Shown: positions 46,576 through 56,700, counted from the first letter of the stretch. The stretch: DNA of 64,000 nt from Candidatus Zixiibacteriota bacterium (GCA_024641335.1 JAHEDG010000005.1:27779-91778), one strand, 5' to 3'. A program made the numbers and translations. The notes: generated by a model from the letters alone, not told the origin.

Positions 46576-47361
46576 TTATCGTCCTGCGGAGCCGGAAATT
46601 GGAAGTAGTTCTATGCCGGTTTCAGGATCTGTTTCACTATGCAACACCCCGGACCTGTTCAAACTGATATTTTTCACGAATGAGATGAATTCGGCGGCGT
46701 TATTATCGATAACGAACTCTTCATATTCCCGCTCTGTTCGACGATACGTGTAACCGCCGTTGCCGACCTTCATCCCGAGAAATTGCCCCGTCAGAATATC
46801 AAACCTCTCCTTGAATGAAAGAGCGTGCTCCGGAGAATTGACAAACCCGAATACGGCTTTGACCCGTTCGGCCAGACCCTCCAAAGCCAGCGATTTCAAC
46901 AGACAGTATGACGATGCCACCGCGGAAGCTTCCGGTTTAATCAGAAGGAATATTTCCTCGCACAAATCGGCGGCGGCCATGGCCAGCGGATGATTCCCCG
47001 CCGGTGGATCGATAACCATGACCCCATACTTCCGTCCAAGACCGTGAATACTCCTGACCAGATTTTCAAGATCCCTGCGTCCGGGGTTGAGAACATCCGG
47101 AGGATTACAGGTTAAAAGATCGAATCCCATACCGGTATTTGTCACCAGTTCCTCGAGTCCGTTGTCGGCCTGGAAAATCTGATGGTAATCCGGAATGGCG
47201 CCACCGACTATATTCAATCCGCCGGTCCCGAAACAGAAATCGATCAATAACGTTTTCTGTCCGTAACGGGCCATGCTGATGGCGCTTCCCAAAGCGGAAG
47301 CGGTTCTGCCTGAACCCCCGGCGCCAGAAAGGAATACGATACCTTTAGCCGTTTCGGTCAT
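46576..47361 (-). CDS. flhG: MinD/ParA-family flagellar number regulator FlhG (YlxH-like) with a degenerate Walker A motif
   Basis: 261 aa with a MinD-like fold, immediately downstream of flhF. The P-loop reads IVFLSGAGGSGRTAS instead of SGKGGVGKTT. Confidence 0.7.
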   Translation of the reverse strand: MTETAKGIVFLSGAGGSGRTASALGSAISMARYGQKTLLIDFCFGTGGLNIVGGAIPDYHQIFQADNGLEELVTNTGMGFDLLTCNPPDVLNPGRRDLENLVRSIHGLGRKYGVMVIDPPAGNHPLAMAAADLCEEIFLLIKPEASAVASSYCLLKSLALEGLAERVKAVFGFVNSPEHALSFKERFDILTGQFLGMKVGNGGYTYRRTEREYEEFVIDNNAAEFISFVKNISLNRSGVLHSETDPETGIELLPISGSAGR

Positions 47362-47370
47362 CTCTTCGCC

Positions 47371-48708
47371 CTACGCCGTTATCTTCTCTAAGGTCTTGCT
47401 TCTCTCCACAGGCATCAGTGACGCCGTGAATACGCCGGGATTGAACGATTCGAACATGCCCGGCAGCTCTCTCGACGAACTCTGATACGAAAATCTCAGA
47501 CCGCGTTGAATAGCCGACCCGATGATCCCGCCGCGATAAGCGCTCTGATCGAGCTTAGTTACCAGAAGCCTGTCCAGCGACAAATCGGAGTGGTTTTCGA
47601 AAAAGGCGTTGAGATCTCCGGACGATATATCCGCCGGCACAACCAGGTGAACTTCGTGCGGATTGGCCGCGCCTATCATCGCGGTGAGTTCCCCTATCTC
47701 TTTTTGATTGGTGATCCCGCTGGTATCGATTAAGACGACTCCCTCCTTGAAAGTCTTCATTAATACGGCCATTTCCTGCGGGGTCGAGATAGCCGAGAAA
47801 GAACAGCCTATTACATTGGCCAGTGACATCAGCTGTTCATGCGAATCGGCCCGGAATTTATCGGTCGTAATCAGGGATACGCTGCAGTCGTTCTCTAAGC
47901 TGAAATGGAACGCCAGACGGGCGGCCGCGGATGTTTTGCCGCCACCGGTAGGTCCCACCAGCATAATCACCGTCGGACCGCTTTCGGCCAGCTTGATCGG
48001 CTCGCCGGTATTCAGCATGCCGGTAATATTCTTCACTATCTGGGTCCAGCCGGCCTGCCTGTCATTGGAACGGAGATTTTCGACCGGAATATTCTTTATT
48101 ATTTCAAGCGCGATATGCTCGGGCAGATGTTTCTCCACCAGGCCGCGGGCGTAATCCAGCTGGGAACCCAAAGGCTCGCCAAAAAGAGATCTTTCGGCCC
48201 TGTTGGCCAGACTCGAACGTAATTCGTGAATTTCGTTCTTTATTCCGTCGAGAGCGTCGTCGGATAAACCGCTTTCCTCGCGGGGAGCGTCGGCCCGTTC
48301 GAGCTTTTCATGGAGATCCTTCTTCATCTGCAGAATCTCGCTTCTTATCTCTCCGAGAATCTCGCTGGGAAGAGGGCGAGGTTCCATGACCGACCCTGAT
48401 TTTATCGGAGTCTGTTTTTCCGCCTCTATTATTCTGGGAGGAGTTTTCTCCTCGGTCAGACGGTTCTTAATCGGCTGCGGAATCGCGGTTTTTTCGACAA
48501 CCTGGGTTTGGGTGGACGGAATCCTGACCGGCTTGACCGCGTTATTATCGATAGCGGCGGTGACTTCAACCAGCTTCTGGTCCTTCTTCAACGGATTGCT
48601 CGAATTGCTGAAACGGGTCTTCAAAATGACCGCGTCTTCCCCAAAGTCTTTCTTGACCTTGGTCAGAGCTTCGGGCAGGCTCTTGGCGATAAACTTCTTA
48701 ATTACCAT
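47371..48708 (-). CDS. flhF: flagellar biosynthesis SRP-type GTPase FlhF
   Basis: 445 aa with a GTPase P-loop (IMLVGPTGGGKTS) and G-domain motifs (ITTDKFR, DTSG). Confidence 0.85.
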   Translation of the reverse strand: MVIKKFIAKSLPEALTKVKKDFGEDAVILKTRFSNSSNPLKKDQKLVEVTAAIDNNAVKPVRIPSTQTQVVEKTAIPQPIKNRLTEEKTPPRIIEAEKQTPIKSGSVMEPRPLPSEILGEIRSEILQMKKDLHEKLERADAPREESGLSDDALDGIKNEIHELRSSLANRAERSLFGEPLGSQLDYARGLVEKHLPEHIALEIIKNIPVENLRSNDRQAGWTQIVKNITGMLNTGEPIKLAESGPTVIMLVGPTGGGKTSAAARLAFHFSLENDCSVSLITTDKFRADSHEQLMSLANVIGCSFSAISTPQEMAVLMKTFKEGVVLIDTSGITNQKEIGELTAMIGAANPHEVHLVVPADISSGDLNAFFENHSDLSLDRLLVTKLDQSAYRGGIIGSAIQRGLRFSYQSSSRELPGMFESFNPGVFTASLMPVERSKTLEKITA

Positions 48709-50782
48709 TCGACAACCTCACTGTTTTAATGCTCTCAACTTCTATGTTTGGAATTAATTCATTAAATGATATAACCGCGACTTTCGGCAGGGCGGCCGAG
48801 ATCAACCTCCTTAGGGCCAGCCTTACATTGGGACCGGCCAGCAATAGCGGCGTGTAACCGGCGATGGACATTTCCTCGGTCGTCTCGGAAATTTCGCCGA
48901 TTATCCGCTGGGCGATCTCCGGGGGCAATACTGCCAGGATCCCTTGCTTTGTGTTTTGTATGGATTCGCTTATCAGCTTCTCTATTTCGCCATCAAGAGT
49001 AGCCACTTTCATCTTCCCATCATCATTGATGTATAATGATGAGATCGACCGGGCCAGAGACTGACGGACGTATTCGGCCAATATGTCGGTTTCTTTGACA
49101 CTCGGAGCGTAATCGGCCAGCGTTTCTAAAATCGTTCCCAGATCCTTAATCGGAATTCTCTCGTCGAGAAGATTCTGCAATACATGCTGGATCTGCCCGA
49201 TATTCAATAGGCCGGGAATTAATTCATCGATTAAAGACTGATGGTCGGCCTTGATATTCTCGACCAGCTTGGAAACCTCCTGACGGGTCAAAAACTCCGC
49301 GGCGTGGGATTTGATAATCTCGGTCAGGTGAGTCGCCAGGACCGCCGTCGGCTCCACGACTGTATATCCCCGCTTCTCGGCGATTTGCCTCTGGTTTTCC
49401 TCGATCCAGATCGCCGGTAATTCGAACGCAGGCTCCGTAGTGGCCATCCCGGCAATCGGATTGGTGATGGTACCGGGGTTTATAGCCAGCAACTGACCAT
49501 GATAGAGTTCCGACGACGCCATACTGACGCCTCGGATCTTAATCTGATATTCATTGGGCCTTAATCCGACATTATCTCTTATTCTTATAGCCGGGACAAT
49601 AATCCCCAATTCGGCTGCTATTTGACGTCTAATAATTGAAATTCGGTCCAGCAGATCATTCCCTTGAGCGGAATTGACCAGCGGTATCAATCCATAGCCG
49701 ATTTCGACTTCCAGCGTATCGACCCTTAGAAAATCCTCGATTCTTTCCGGCGGAGCGGGAGCATCGCCTGCCGCCTCTTCGGCTTCATCTAATTCGGTTT
49801 TTATCGATTTCATCGCCGAATAAGCGATAACTCCGGTTACCCCTCCCAAAAGCATGAATGGCATCGTCGGCAGACCGGGAATCATCCCGAATAAAAAGAG
49901 CATGGCCGAGGCTACGAATATCGCTCTGGGATAAGTGGTTATCTGGCGGGTCAGGTCTTTTCCGAGGTTCGAATCCGAAGCCGCGCGGGTTACCAAAATA
50001 CCGGCTGACGTGGCGATAATCAGGGCCGGTATCTGGCTGACCAGGCCATCACCTACCGTTAGTATGGTATATGTTTTCAAGGCGTCGGTTATGGACATGC
50101 CCATTTGAACCGTGCCTATTATAAATCCGCCTATAACATTGATAATTGTGATTAAAATACCGGCGATAGCGTCGCCCCGAACGAACTTTGAGGCGCCATC
50201 CATAGCTCCGTGAAAATCGGCTTCCGCGGAGATCATCTCTCTGCGTTTCCGGGCAGCTTCCTCGGTGATAAGACCGGCGTTCAGATCGGCGTCGATAGCC
50301 ATCTGCTTCCCGGGCATGGCGTCCAGGGTAAAACGGGCCGCCACCTCGGCGATTCTGCCGGCGCCCTTGGTGATAACCACAAACTGAATAATCACCAGAA
50401 TGGCGAAAATGATAAATCCGACAACATAATTCCCGGCCACCACGAAATTCCCGAACGATTCGATAACCTCCCCTGCATAGGCGCTTCCCAGAATAAGCCT
50501 GGTGGAAGCCACGTTCAGAGATAGGCGAAATAGAGTCAGAATCAAAAGCAGACCGGGAAATACCGACAACTCCATCGGACGAGTGATATACATGGTCACC
50601 AGCAATACTACCAACGCCAGGGTGATATTAAAGGCCAGCAGGAAATCCAGAATAGTCGGAGGAAGCGGCAGAACCAGCAGCCCTATAATACCGACCAGCA
50701 TAACCGCCAAAACTATATCGGAATGCTTGGTGATTTTCAGGAGAAACGGCTGATTGCCGGTGGGATTTTCCGAAGGGGCCAT
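48698..50782 (-). CDS. flhA: flagellar export apparatus protein FlhA
   Basis: 694 aa. The TM region includes the FHIPEP motif (RFTLDAMPGKQMAIDADL); a cytoplasmic domain follows. Confidence 0.95.
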   Translation of the reverse strand: MAPSENPTGNQPFLLKITKHSDIVLAVMLVGIIGLLVLPLPPTILDFLLAFNITLALVVLLVTMYITRPMELSVFPGLLLILTLFRLSLNVASTRLILGSAYAGEVIESFGNFVVAGNYVVGFIIFAILVIIQFVVITKGAGRIAEVAARFTLDAMPGKQMAIDADLNAGLITEEAARKRREMISAEADFHGAMDGASKFVRGDAIAGILITIINVIGGFIIGTVQMGMSITDALKTYTILTVGDGLVSQIPALIIATSAGILVTRAASDSNLGKDLTRQITTYPRAIFVASAMLFLFGMIPGLPTMPFMLLGGVTGVIAYSAMKSIKTELDEAEEAAGDAPAPPERIEDFLRVDTLEVEIGYGLIPLVNSAQGNDLLDRISIIRRQIAAELGIIVPAIRIRDNVGLRPNEYQIKIRGVSMASSELYHGQLLAINPGTITNPIAGMATTEPAFELPAIWIEENQRQIAEKRGYTVVEPTAVLATHLTEIIKSHAAEFLTRQEVSKLVENIKADHQSLIDELIPGLLNIGQIQHVLQNLLDERIPIKDLGTILETLADYAPSVKETDILAEYVRQSLARSISSLYINDDGKMKVATLDGEIEKLISESIQNTKQGILAVLPPEIAQRIIGEISETTEEMSIAGYTPLLLAGPNVRLALRRLISAALPKVAVISFNELIPNIEVESIKTVRLSNGN

Positions 50783-51846
50783 TAGATATTGCCTTTCTCT
50801 TTATAGACATGGGCCAGTACCTCGGCCACTGCGCGGTAAAGCTTGGCCGGAATCTGCATACCGATCTCGGTCAATTCGAAAAGTGTTCGGGCCAATGGTT
50901 TGTTTTCCACGATCGGAATATTGAATTTTTTGGCCACTTCCTTTATTCTCTCTGCCACCAGTCTGGCTCCTTTGGCCACGACTGTGGGAGCGTCGTCTTT
51001 TTCCATATCATATCTGAGCGCCACGGCTATGTGAGTCGGGTTGGTGATAACCACGTCGGCGGTTTCCACCTCGCTGAGCATTCTCTTGCGGGACATCTCC
51101 CGCTGGATTCTTCTGATGCGCGATTTAATCTGCGGATCACCCTCATGCTCCTTGAACTCCTCCCTGATCTCCTGCTTGGTCATGCGAAGCCCTTTCTCAA
51201 ACTCATATTTCTGAAATGAGAAATCGAGAATGGCCAGAATAAGCAGGGCCAGCGATGCCCTCAGACCTATTTTCAGGGTCACTCCGGCGCCAAACTTGAG
51301 AGTCTGGGCCAGATCCTTATCCGCCAGATTAAAAATATCAGGCAGTTCCGATTTTATAGTCATGTAGGCGATGATTCCTATTATGGAGATCTTTATAATA
51401 TCCCTGAGCAGTTCGACGGCGGTTTTCTTGGAAAATATTTTCTTGGCTCCCTTGGTAAAATCGAATCTCTCGGCTTTGGGAGTGATCGGCTCCAATGTGA
51501 AATTGGCCCCGACCTGAACAAAATTGATAATTATGCCGGTAACCATCAACACAATCATGACCGGCAGCACGGTCTGAAGAATCCTCAAGCCGTTTTCGGC
51601 GAAAATCTGCCTGGCCATCAACGGCGTAATATCGAAGTTGGGAATTAAGTTGAAATTGGAGATGAATCCGTCGACCATCTGCTGATAGATCCAGCCCGAA
51701 AAAAAAGAAAGTGACAGCATTCCGAAAAACAGAATAGCCACCGAATTCAACTCGGCCGATTTGGCTACCTGCCCCCGCTTGCGTGCGTCTTCCTGCCGCT
51801 TCGGAGTTGCCTGTTCTGATTTTTCCTGGTATGACGAATCCGACAA
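50782..51846 (-). CDS. flhB: flagellar export apparatus protein FlhB
   Basis: 354 aa with the NPTH autocleavage site (VVITNPTHIAVAL). Confidence 0.95.
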   Translation of the reverse strand: MSDSSYQEKSEQATPKRQEDARKRGQVAKSAELNSVAILFFGMLSLSFFSGWIYQQMVDGFISNFNLIPNFDITPLMARQIFAENGLRILQTVLPVMIVLMVTGIIINFVQVGANFTLEPITPKAERFDFTKGAKKIFSKKTAVELLRDIIKISIIGIIAYMTIKSELPDIFNLADKDLAQTLKFGAGVTLKIGLRASLALLILAILDFSFQKYEFEKGLRMTKQEIREEFKEHEGDPQIKSRIRRIQREMSRKRMLSEVETADVVITNPTHIAVALRYDMEKDDAPTVVAKGARLVAERIKEVAKKFNIPIVENKPLARTLFELTEIGMQIPAKLYRAVAEVLAHVYKEKGNI

Positions 51847-52635
51847 TTATAATCTCCCCGATAATGCGACCATGAGCTCCGTGAGATTCCTGTCCATGCC
51901 GTGCATCAGCTTGGTGAATACATAACTGATAAAGGGAAACGATACCGCCATGGCCATGAAACCGCCGGCGATCTTGAGAGGAAATCCTACTATAAAGACG
52001 TTCATCTGGGGTACAGTGCGAGCGATTATTCCCAGGGCAACGTCGGTTAAAAACAGGGTTATCACCATCGGCGCGCCTATCTTGATGGCTATCGCAAAGA
52101 TGTCCACACAAATTCTCATAATCATATCCGTAGGCACTCCGCCCAGGCTCATTTCTCCGATCGGGACTATATTGAAACTTCCGGCTACCGCGTTGATAAT
52201 CAAATGATGACCGTCCACCGCCAGGAATATCAGAAGAGCCAGAATAAACTGAAACTGACCTAAAAGAGATACCTGCTGGCCGCTCGATGGGTCAATAACC
52301 TGGGCCACCATAAAGCCCATCTGAAAACCCATGATATGCCCGGCCATTTGCACCCCCATGAAGAGCACGGACGCCGAAAAACCGAGAATCAAACCCATAA
52401 CCACTTCCTTGACCGCCACTGAAAAAATCGAGCCGAGGCTGGCCGATATCTCGATTTGCGGAGCCGGAACAACCGGCAGGAGTACCAAAGTCAGCAAACC
52501 GGCAAAACCGATTTTGATGACATTAGGGATATTTCTGTGTCCGAAAAGGGGGGCTATAACCATTATTCCGCTCACACGAAGCAGGATGAACAGAAATTTC
52601 TCAAATTGCATTGCTGAAAAGTCGAGTATCGGCAT
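51847..52635 (-). CDS. fliR: flagellar export apparatus protein FliR
   Basis: Polytopic membrane protein; FEKFLFILLRVSGIMVIAPLFG. The start is placed at the Met preceded by a GGAAGGG SD; the track begins at 52662. Confidence 0.9.
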   Translation of the reverse strand: MPILDFSAMQFEKFLFILLRVSGIMVIAPLFGHRNIPNVIKIGFAGLLTLVLLPVVPAPQIEISASLGSIFSVAVKEVVMGLILGFSASVLFMGVQMAGHIMGFQMGFMVAQVIDPSSGQQVSLLGQFQFILALLIFLAVDGHHLIINAVAGSFNIVPIGEMSLGGVPTDMIMRICVDIFAIAIKIGAPMVITLFLTDVALGIIARTVPQMNVFIVGFPLKIAGGFMAMAVSFPFISYVFTKLMHGMDRNLTELMVALSGRL

Positions 52636-52814
52636 TAATTTACATTCCCTTCCGGATATCATCTAAAGCAAGCCCTGTGCCGTCAATCAGGCTGATTATG
52701 GAAAGTTGTAAGGTGTTGGTAATCTATTGGTTACGATATTATTCGAATTTTCCGGATTGGTCTGTGCCAATTAAATGGGAAAAATATTCCCACCCTGCAC
52801 TAAAAAAGTACCCT

Positions 52815-53084
52815 CTATCCCGGTAGTGCCGGAATAATGGCGAATATCTGGCTGGTGAAATTGACCACAGTAGTGATCATCCAGGGCAGAAAAATCACCA
52901 ATGCTATGGCTACTCCGAATATTTTTGGTATAAACGTCAAGGTCATTTCCTGTATTTGGGTAATGGCCTGCAGTAGAGATATCGACAGCCCGACGACCAG
53001 AGCCAGCAGAAGCATCGGCGCTGAAACCAGCAAAGTCGTGTATATCGAGCTTCTGGCTATTTCCACCACAAATTGGGTGTCCAC
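52815..53084 (-). CDS. fliQ: flagellar export apparatus protein FliQ (GTG start)
   Basis: 89 aa, two TM helices; TLLVSAPMLLLALVVGLSISLLQAITQIQEMTLTF. Confidence 0.9.
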   Translation of the reverse strand: MDTQFVVEIARSSIYTTLLVSAPMLLLALVVGLSISLLQAITQIQEMTLTFIPKIFGVAIALVIFLPWMITTVVNFTSQIFAIIPALPG

Positions 53085-53159
53085 GAAATACTCTCCCCGG
53101 TTAAATTGTGCTTTCCAAAAAGATCATAAATATAATTTCACGCTCCACGCGATCAGGCA

Positions 53160-53909
53160 TTAATGAAAACTGGCCACAATCGATTTGACTATCAGGTACC
53201 AGCCGTCGACCAGCACGAAAAGAAGAATCTTAAACGGCAGCGAAACCATAATCGGCGGCAGCATCAGCATACCCATAGACATAAGCACCGAGGCTACAAC
53301 CATATCGATTACCAAAAACGGGATATAAAGCAGAAAACCGATCTGAAAAGCGATTCTAAATTCTGAAATCACGAATCCCGGAACAATCAAATGTATCGGA
53401 AGATCATCCTGCGTTTCAGGCTGTGGGATATTTGAAAGTGATACAAACAGCGCCAGATCCTTTTCCCTGACCTGTCTTAGCATAAATTCTCTAAGCGGTT
53501 TAATGCCGGCTTCAAAAGCCTCGGTCTGATTTATCTCGCCCGCCATATACGGTTGGACGGCGGTTTTGTTAATCGTTTCGATAGCCGGAGCCATTACGAA
53601 TGCCGTCAGGATCAGCGCCATACCTATCAGGAGCTGATTGGGAGGCATCTGATGAGTTCCCACCGCCTGTCTCAAAAATGAAAAAACCACTACAATCCTT
53701 ATAAACGATGTCAGCATTATAATTATCGCCGGAGCCAGCGTCAGAACGGTCAGAAGTATTAGTATCTGCAGGGCCACCGACATCTCTTCAGGCGAGTCGG
53801 CCTTATCGAGCTGGATGGTGATCTTCGGCACTCCCTGAGCCATCGCCTGATCTGGGACCATCATCAGTATGACTGCTGCCATGCCGATAATAACCAAAAA
53901 GGTTTTCAT
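53160..53909 (-). CDS. fliP: flagellar export apparatus protein FliP
   Basis: 249 aa with a signal peptide and the conserved IRIVVVFSFLRQAVGT...PFKILLFVLVDGW. Confidence 0.95.
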   Translation of the reverse strand: MKTFLVIIGMAAVILMMVPDQAMAQGVPKITIQLDKADSPEEMSVALQILILLTVLTLAPAIIIMLTSFIRIVVVFSFLRQAVGTHQMPPNQLLIGMALILTAFVMAPAIETINKTAVQPYMAGEINQTEAFEAGIKPLREFMLRQVREKDLALFVSLSNIPQPETQDDLPIHLIVPGFVISEFRIAFQIGFLLYIPFLVIDMVVASVLMSMGMLMLPPIMVSLPFKILLFVLVDGWYLIVKSIVASFH

Positions 53910-54379
53910 TGCCTGATTATCCCTTTTAGTATCTCGGCGAATCTGCCGCCTGATGATTCGATCCCGGTCTTGTTCGGCAGGTTTTCGAGCTTGTGGGCTT
54001 CTTCATCGTCAAGCTGGCTGATCATATTTATGCTGCTCTCGGTAGCGCCGAGCACGCTGTACTTCCCCCCGATCTTCACCAGGTACAGGATCTGTTTAGG
54101 AGAAAGATATGTCCGGCCGATTATTTTTATGGTATCGCCTATCGCCCCGCCCCCTGAAACCCGTCCGTTCAGTTTTTTGAAAAGATAAGTAAACAGGTAG
54201 ATCAAGCCGACAATCAACACCATCGAGATAATCAATTTCACGACTATCCCGAACAAAGACGGTGAATAATTAAATTCCGGAAGAACCGCTGTCGAATCCG
54301 GAGATGATGTCTGAGCGAGAACACTGCCCGACATTAGCGAACCAAAGAATATCGCTGTTTTTACTACGCCCCATTTCAT
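53906..54379 (-). CDS. fliO: flagellar biosynthesis protein FliO/FliZ
   Basis: 157 aa with a single TM helix. Its position between fliN and fliP matches FliO, and it overlaps fliP by 4 nt. Confidence 0.6.
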   Translation of the reverse strand: MKWGVVKTAIFFGSLMSGSVLAQTSSPDSTAVLPEFNYSPSLFGIVVKLIISMVLIVGLIYLFTYLFKKLNGRVSGGGAIGDTIKIIGRTYLSPKQILYLVKIGGKYSVLGATESSINMISQLDDEEAHKLENLPNKTGIESSGGRFAEILKGIIRQ

Positions 54380-55035
54380 CCTAAACTCTTAATTCTCTCT
54401 TCCTGAGATACCATCGATGTTACCCTGATTCCGAAATTCTCGTCAACCACCACCACCTCGCCTTTAGCGATAAGCTTGTTGTTGACAAGTAAATCCACCG
54501 GCTCTCCGGCCAGCCTGTTGAGTTCGACCACCGAACCGGGACCCAGATTCAGGATATCCTGGATCGGCATGGAAGTTCTGCCCAGTTCTATTGAGATCGG
54601 CAGAGTAACATCCAAAAGCATATTAATATTCTGAGCTTCGCCGGACGCGATATCGTCGGAAAGCTGATCAAAATCCTTAACTCTGACCGTGCTCATATTT
54701 TCATGAGTGCTATTCTGGTTTACTTCTGCCGGCGCCCTGGTCGGAGCTGGCTGGCTGACCGGTGGCGGTTCAGGAGAAGCCGCGACATCCTGAGAGTTAT
54801 CCTCGCTCGGTTCCTCGTCATAACTGCCCGTACCGTTTTCTCCCCTGAACGCCGCCTCGATCTCCTCCTGCGAAAGCTCTACCGAATCGTCCATGGACGG
54901 TTCCTTGATATCGTCCGGGCCGGTTCCCTGGACAGATTCGGAATCATCCGATGCTTCCGGCAAATCTCCGGGCGCCCCGTTTAGGGCATCGTCGGACATA
55001 TCCGAGTTTTCGTTATTGAGTTCTTCATCTGGCAT
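54376..55035 (-). CDS. fliN: flagellar motor switch protein FliN
   Basis: 219 aa. An acidic N-terminal region is followed by a C-terminal SpoA domain (VELNRLAGEPVDLLVNNKLIAKGEVVVVDENFGIRV). Confidence 0.85.
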   Translation of the reverse strand: MPDEELNNENSDMSDDALNGAPGDLPEASDDSESVQGTGPDDIKEPSMDDSVELSQEEIEAAFRGENGTGSYDEEPSEDNSQDVAASPEPPPVSQPAPTRAPAEVNQNSTHENMSTVRVKDFDQLSDDIASGEAQNINMLLDVTLPISIELGRTSMPIQDILNLGPGSVVELNRLAGEPVDLLVNNKLIAKGEVVVVDENFGIRVTSMVSQEERIKSLG

Positions 55036-55047
55036 GATAGTCCCCCG

Positions 55048-56025
55048 CTATTGAAAATTGGTTATCTTTACCGCTTTGTTATGTCCCACTTTGCCTGGCT
55101 GTGCCTGGAATTTCATTCTATCTCCTACCAGCAAAGTAATATCTTCGTTCTCGCTCAAATCGAGCCTGATAACATCCCCGCTTCTAAGCCGAAGCAGTTC
55201 CTTGATAGTTATATCGGTTCGGCCAAGAATAGCTATCAGCTGAGTGGTCACTCCGGAAAGCTCTATTGCGTTTTTCTCGGCGCGGTTATGGTCATCTCCT
55301 TTTTTCCTGGCTTCGATCCAGTGCTGGGCCGATAGTTTATCCATAATAGATTCTAGAGTCAGATATGGATAGCATACTGTTATCAGGCCTGACGCCGAAA
55401 GCATCTTGATCTGAAGAGATACTACTATTACAGTTTCCCCCGGAGGTACGATTTGAATAAACTGAGGGTTGCTTTCGAAAGCCGACTGAGTGAATTCCAT
55501 CTTCTCGACATGCTCCCAGGCCCTGGATAAACCCTGAAACGCCCTGCTGATTATCTTGGACATGATCGATTTCTCGATCCCGGTCAATTCCCTTTCGGTA
55601 TTTAAAGCCTTCCCCCGGCCGCCGAACATCCTGTCTACGAATGAAAAGGCGATCGACGGATTAAAATCCAATATCCCCGCCCCCTCCAGCGGATCAAGCG
55701 AGAATACGTATGTACACGAGGGAGTGGCCAATGACATGACGAACTCCGAGTAGGTTATCTGATCAACCGATATGAGATCCACGTCCACAACCGATCTGGT
55801 GAATGTGGAAAGGGTCGAGCCGAATTGGTTGGCGAAGTTGTCGTGGATCGATTCCAGCGAACGCAGCTGATCCTTGGAAACCCGGTTGGGATGCTTAAAA
55901 TCGTATAGAAGAGCCTTGCGTGCGCCCTCTACCCGAGAAGGCGCCTCGACAGTTTCGACCGGCTCCGCTGTCTGTACATTAGAAAGTAGAGCGTCGATTT
56001 CGTCTTGTGAAAGTACCTGTGCCAT
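55048..56025 (-). CDS. fliM: flagellar motor switch protein FliM
   Basis: 325 aa. The N-terminal LSQDEIDALL CheY-binding motif is present, along with a CheC-like middle domain and a C-terminal SpoA domain. Confidence 0.9.
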   Translation of the reverse strand: MAQVLSQDEIDALLSNVQTAEPVETVEAPSRVEGARKALLYDFKHPNRVSKDQLRSLESIHDNFANQFGSTLSTFTRSVVDVDLISVDQITYSEFVMSLATPSCTYVFSLDPLEGAGILDFNPSIAFSFVDRMFGGRGKALNTERELTGIEKSIMSKIISRAFQGLSRAWEHVEKMEFTQSAFESNPQFIQIVPPGETVIVVSLQIKMLSASGLITVCYPYLTLESIMDKLSAQHWIEARKKGDDHNRAEKNAIELSGVTTQLIAILGRTDITIKELLRLRSGDVIRLDLSENEDITLLVGDRMKFQAQPGKVGHNKAVKITNFQ

Positions 56026-56027
56026 AA

Positions 56028-56582
56028 TTATTGCAGAACGTAGTCCACGAAATAAATCCGGTAAACTGAATCCGGTTTGATCGCGGTATTCACGTTTGTC
56101 AGGATCTCCTCCCTGAGCTTTTCTTTCCCTTCGATTGAACTTAATTGATCCATTGTCTTAGATGTCAATAAGGCGATCAGCACATCACGGATTACGGGGG
56201 TCACACTTTCCAGGCCGGCTTCATGACCTTTCTCTTTCGATACCTTATACTCCAGCCCTATCGAGGTCGATAGATATCTGGTGCCGTTGGTACCGGCGGG
56301 ATTGACTACGATATCGTCAATCATATGAATCTTGCTGTCTCCCCGCTCCGGGGCCGCGTTTTCTTCGACCGGCATTCCCGACGCCAACTGCAGCCGCGGC
56401 GTCAGGTATGACCTGACGAAAAAGAACGCTCCAACTGCCATAACTATCTGCATTGCCGCCATAATCAGGAGCATACTTAGTAAACCTCCCGATTTCTTGG
56501 GACCATCCGCTTTCGCGCCGATTTCCTCGTCGAGAGGCTCGCCGATATCGTCCATTTGTGATGCCGTAGCGGTATCAGGCAT
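56028..56582 (-). CDS. fliL: flagellar basal-body-associated protein FliL
   Basis: 184 aa with a single TM helix and YLSTSIGLEYKV...VIRDVLIALLTSKTMDQLSS. Confidence 0.8.
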   Translation of the reverse strand: MPDTATASQMDDIGEPLDEEIGAKADGPKKSGGLLSMLLIMAAMQIVMAVGAFFFVRSYLTPRLQLASGMPVEENAAPERGDSKIHMIDDIVVNPAGTNGTRYLSTSIGLEYKVSKEKGHEAGLESVTPVIRDVLIALLTSKTMDQLSSIEGKEKLREEILTNVNTAIKPDSVYRIYFVDYVLQ

Positions 56583-56665
56583 ATCTCACCTGTCTTTCTC
56601 CGAACCGATTAGTTCTTCGGTTTTCAATCAAGTTTAGTTTTTTATTTTTCATCATTTTATCCGGG

Positions 56666-56690
56666 CCGGAGGGAATCGAATTCCCCCCGG
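56666..56690 (-). other. GC-rich stem-loop between flgE and fliL with no U-tract
   Basis: CCGGGGGGAAU-ucg-AUUCCCUCCGG, ~11 bp, located 10 nt after the flgE stop. Confidence 0.35.
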
Positions 56691-56700
56691 CCTGTCAGGT

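Noticed and set aside
52740-52780. possible sigma-54 promoter (TGGCAC) in the fliQ-fliR gap
   Set aside because: The -24 TGGCAC matches, but the -12 element reads AATC instead of TTGC, and no sigma-54 activator is evident in the window.
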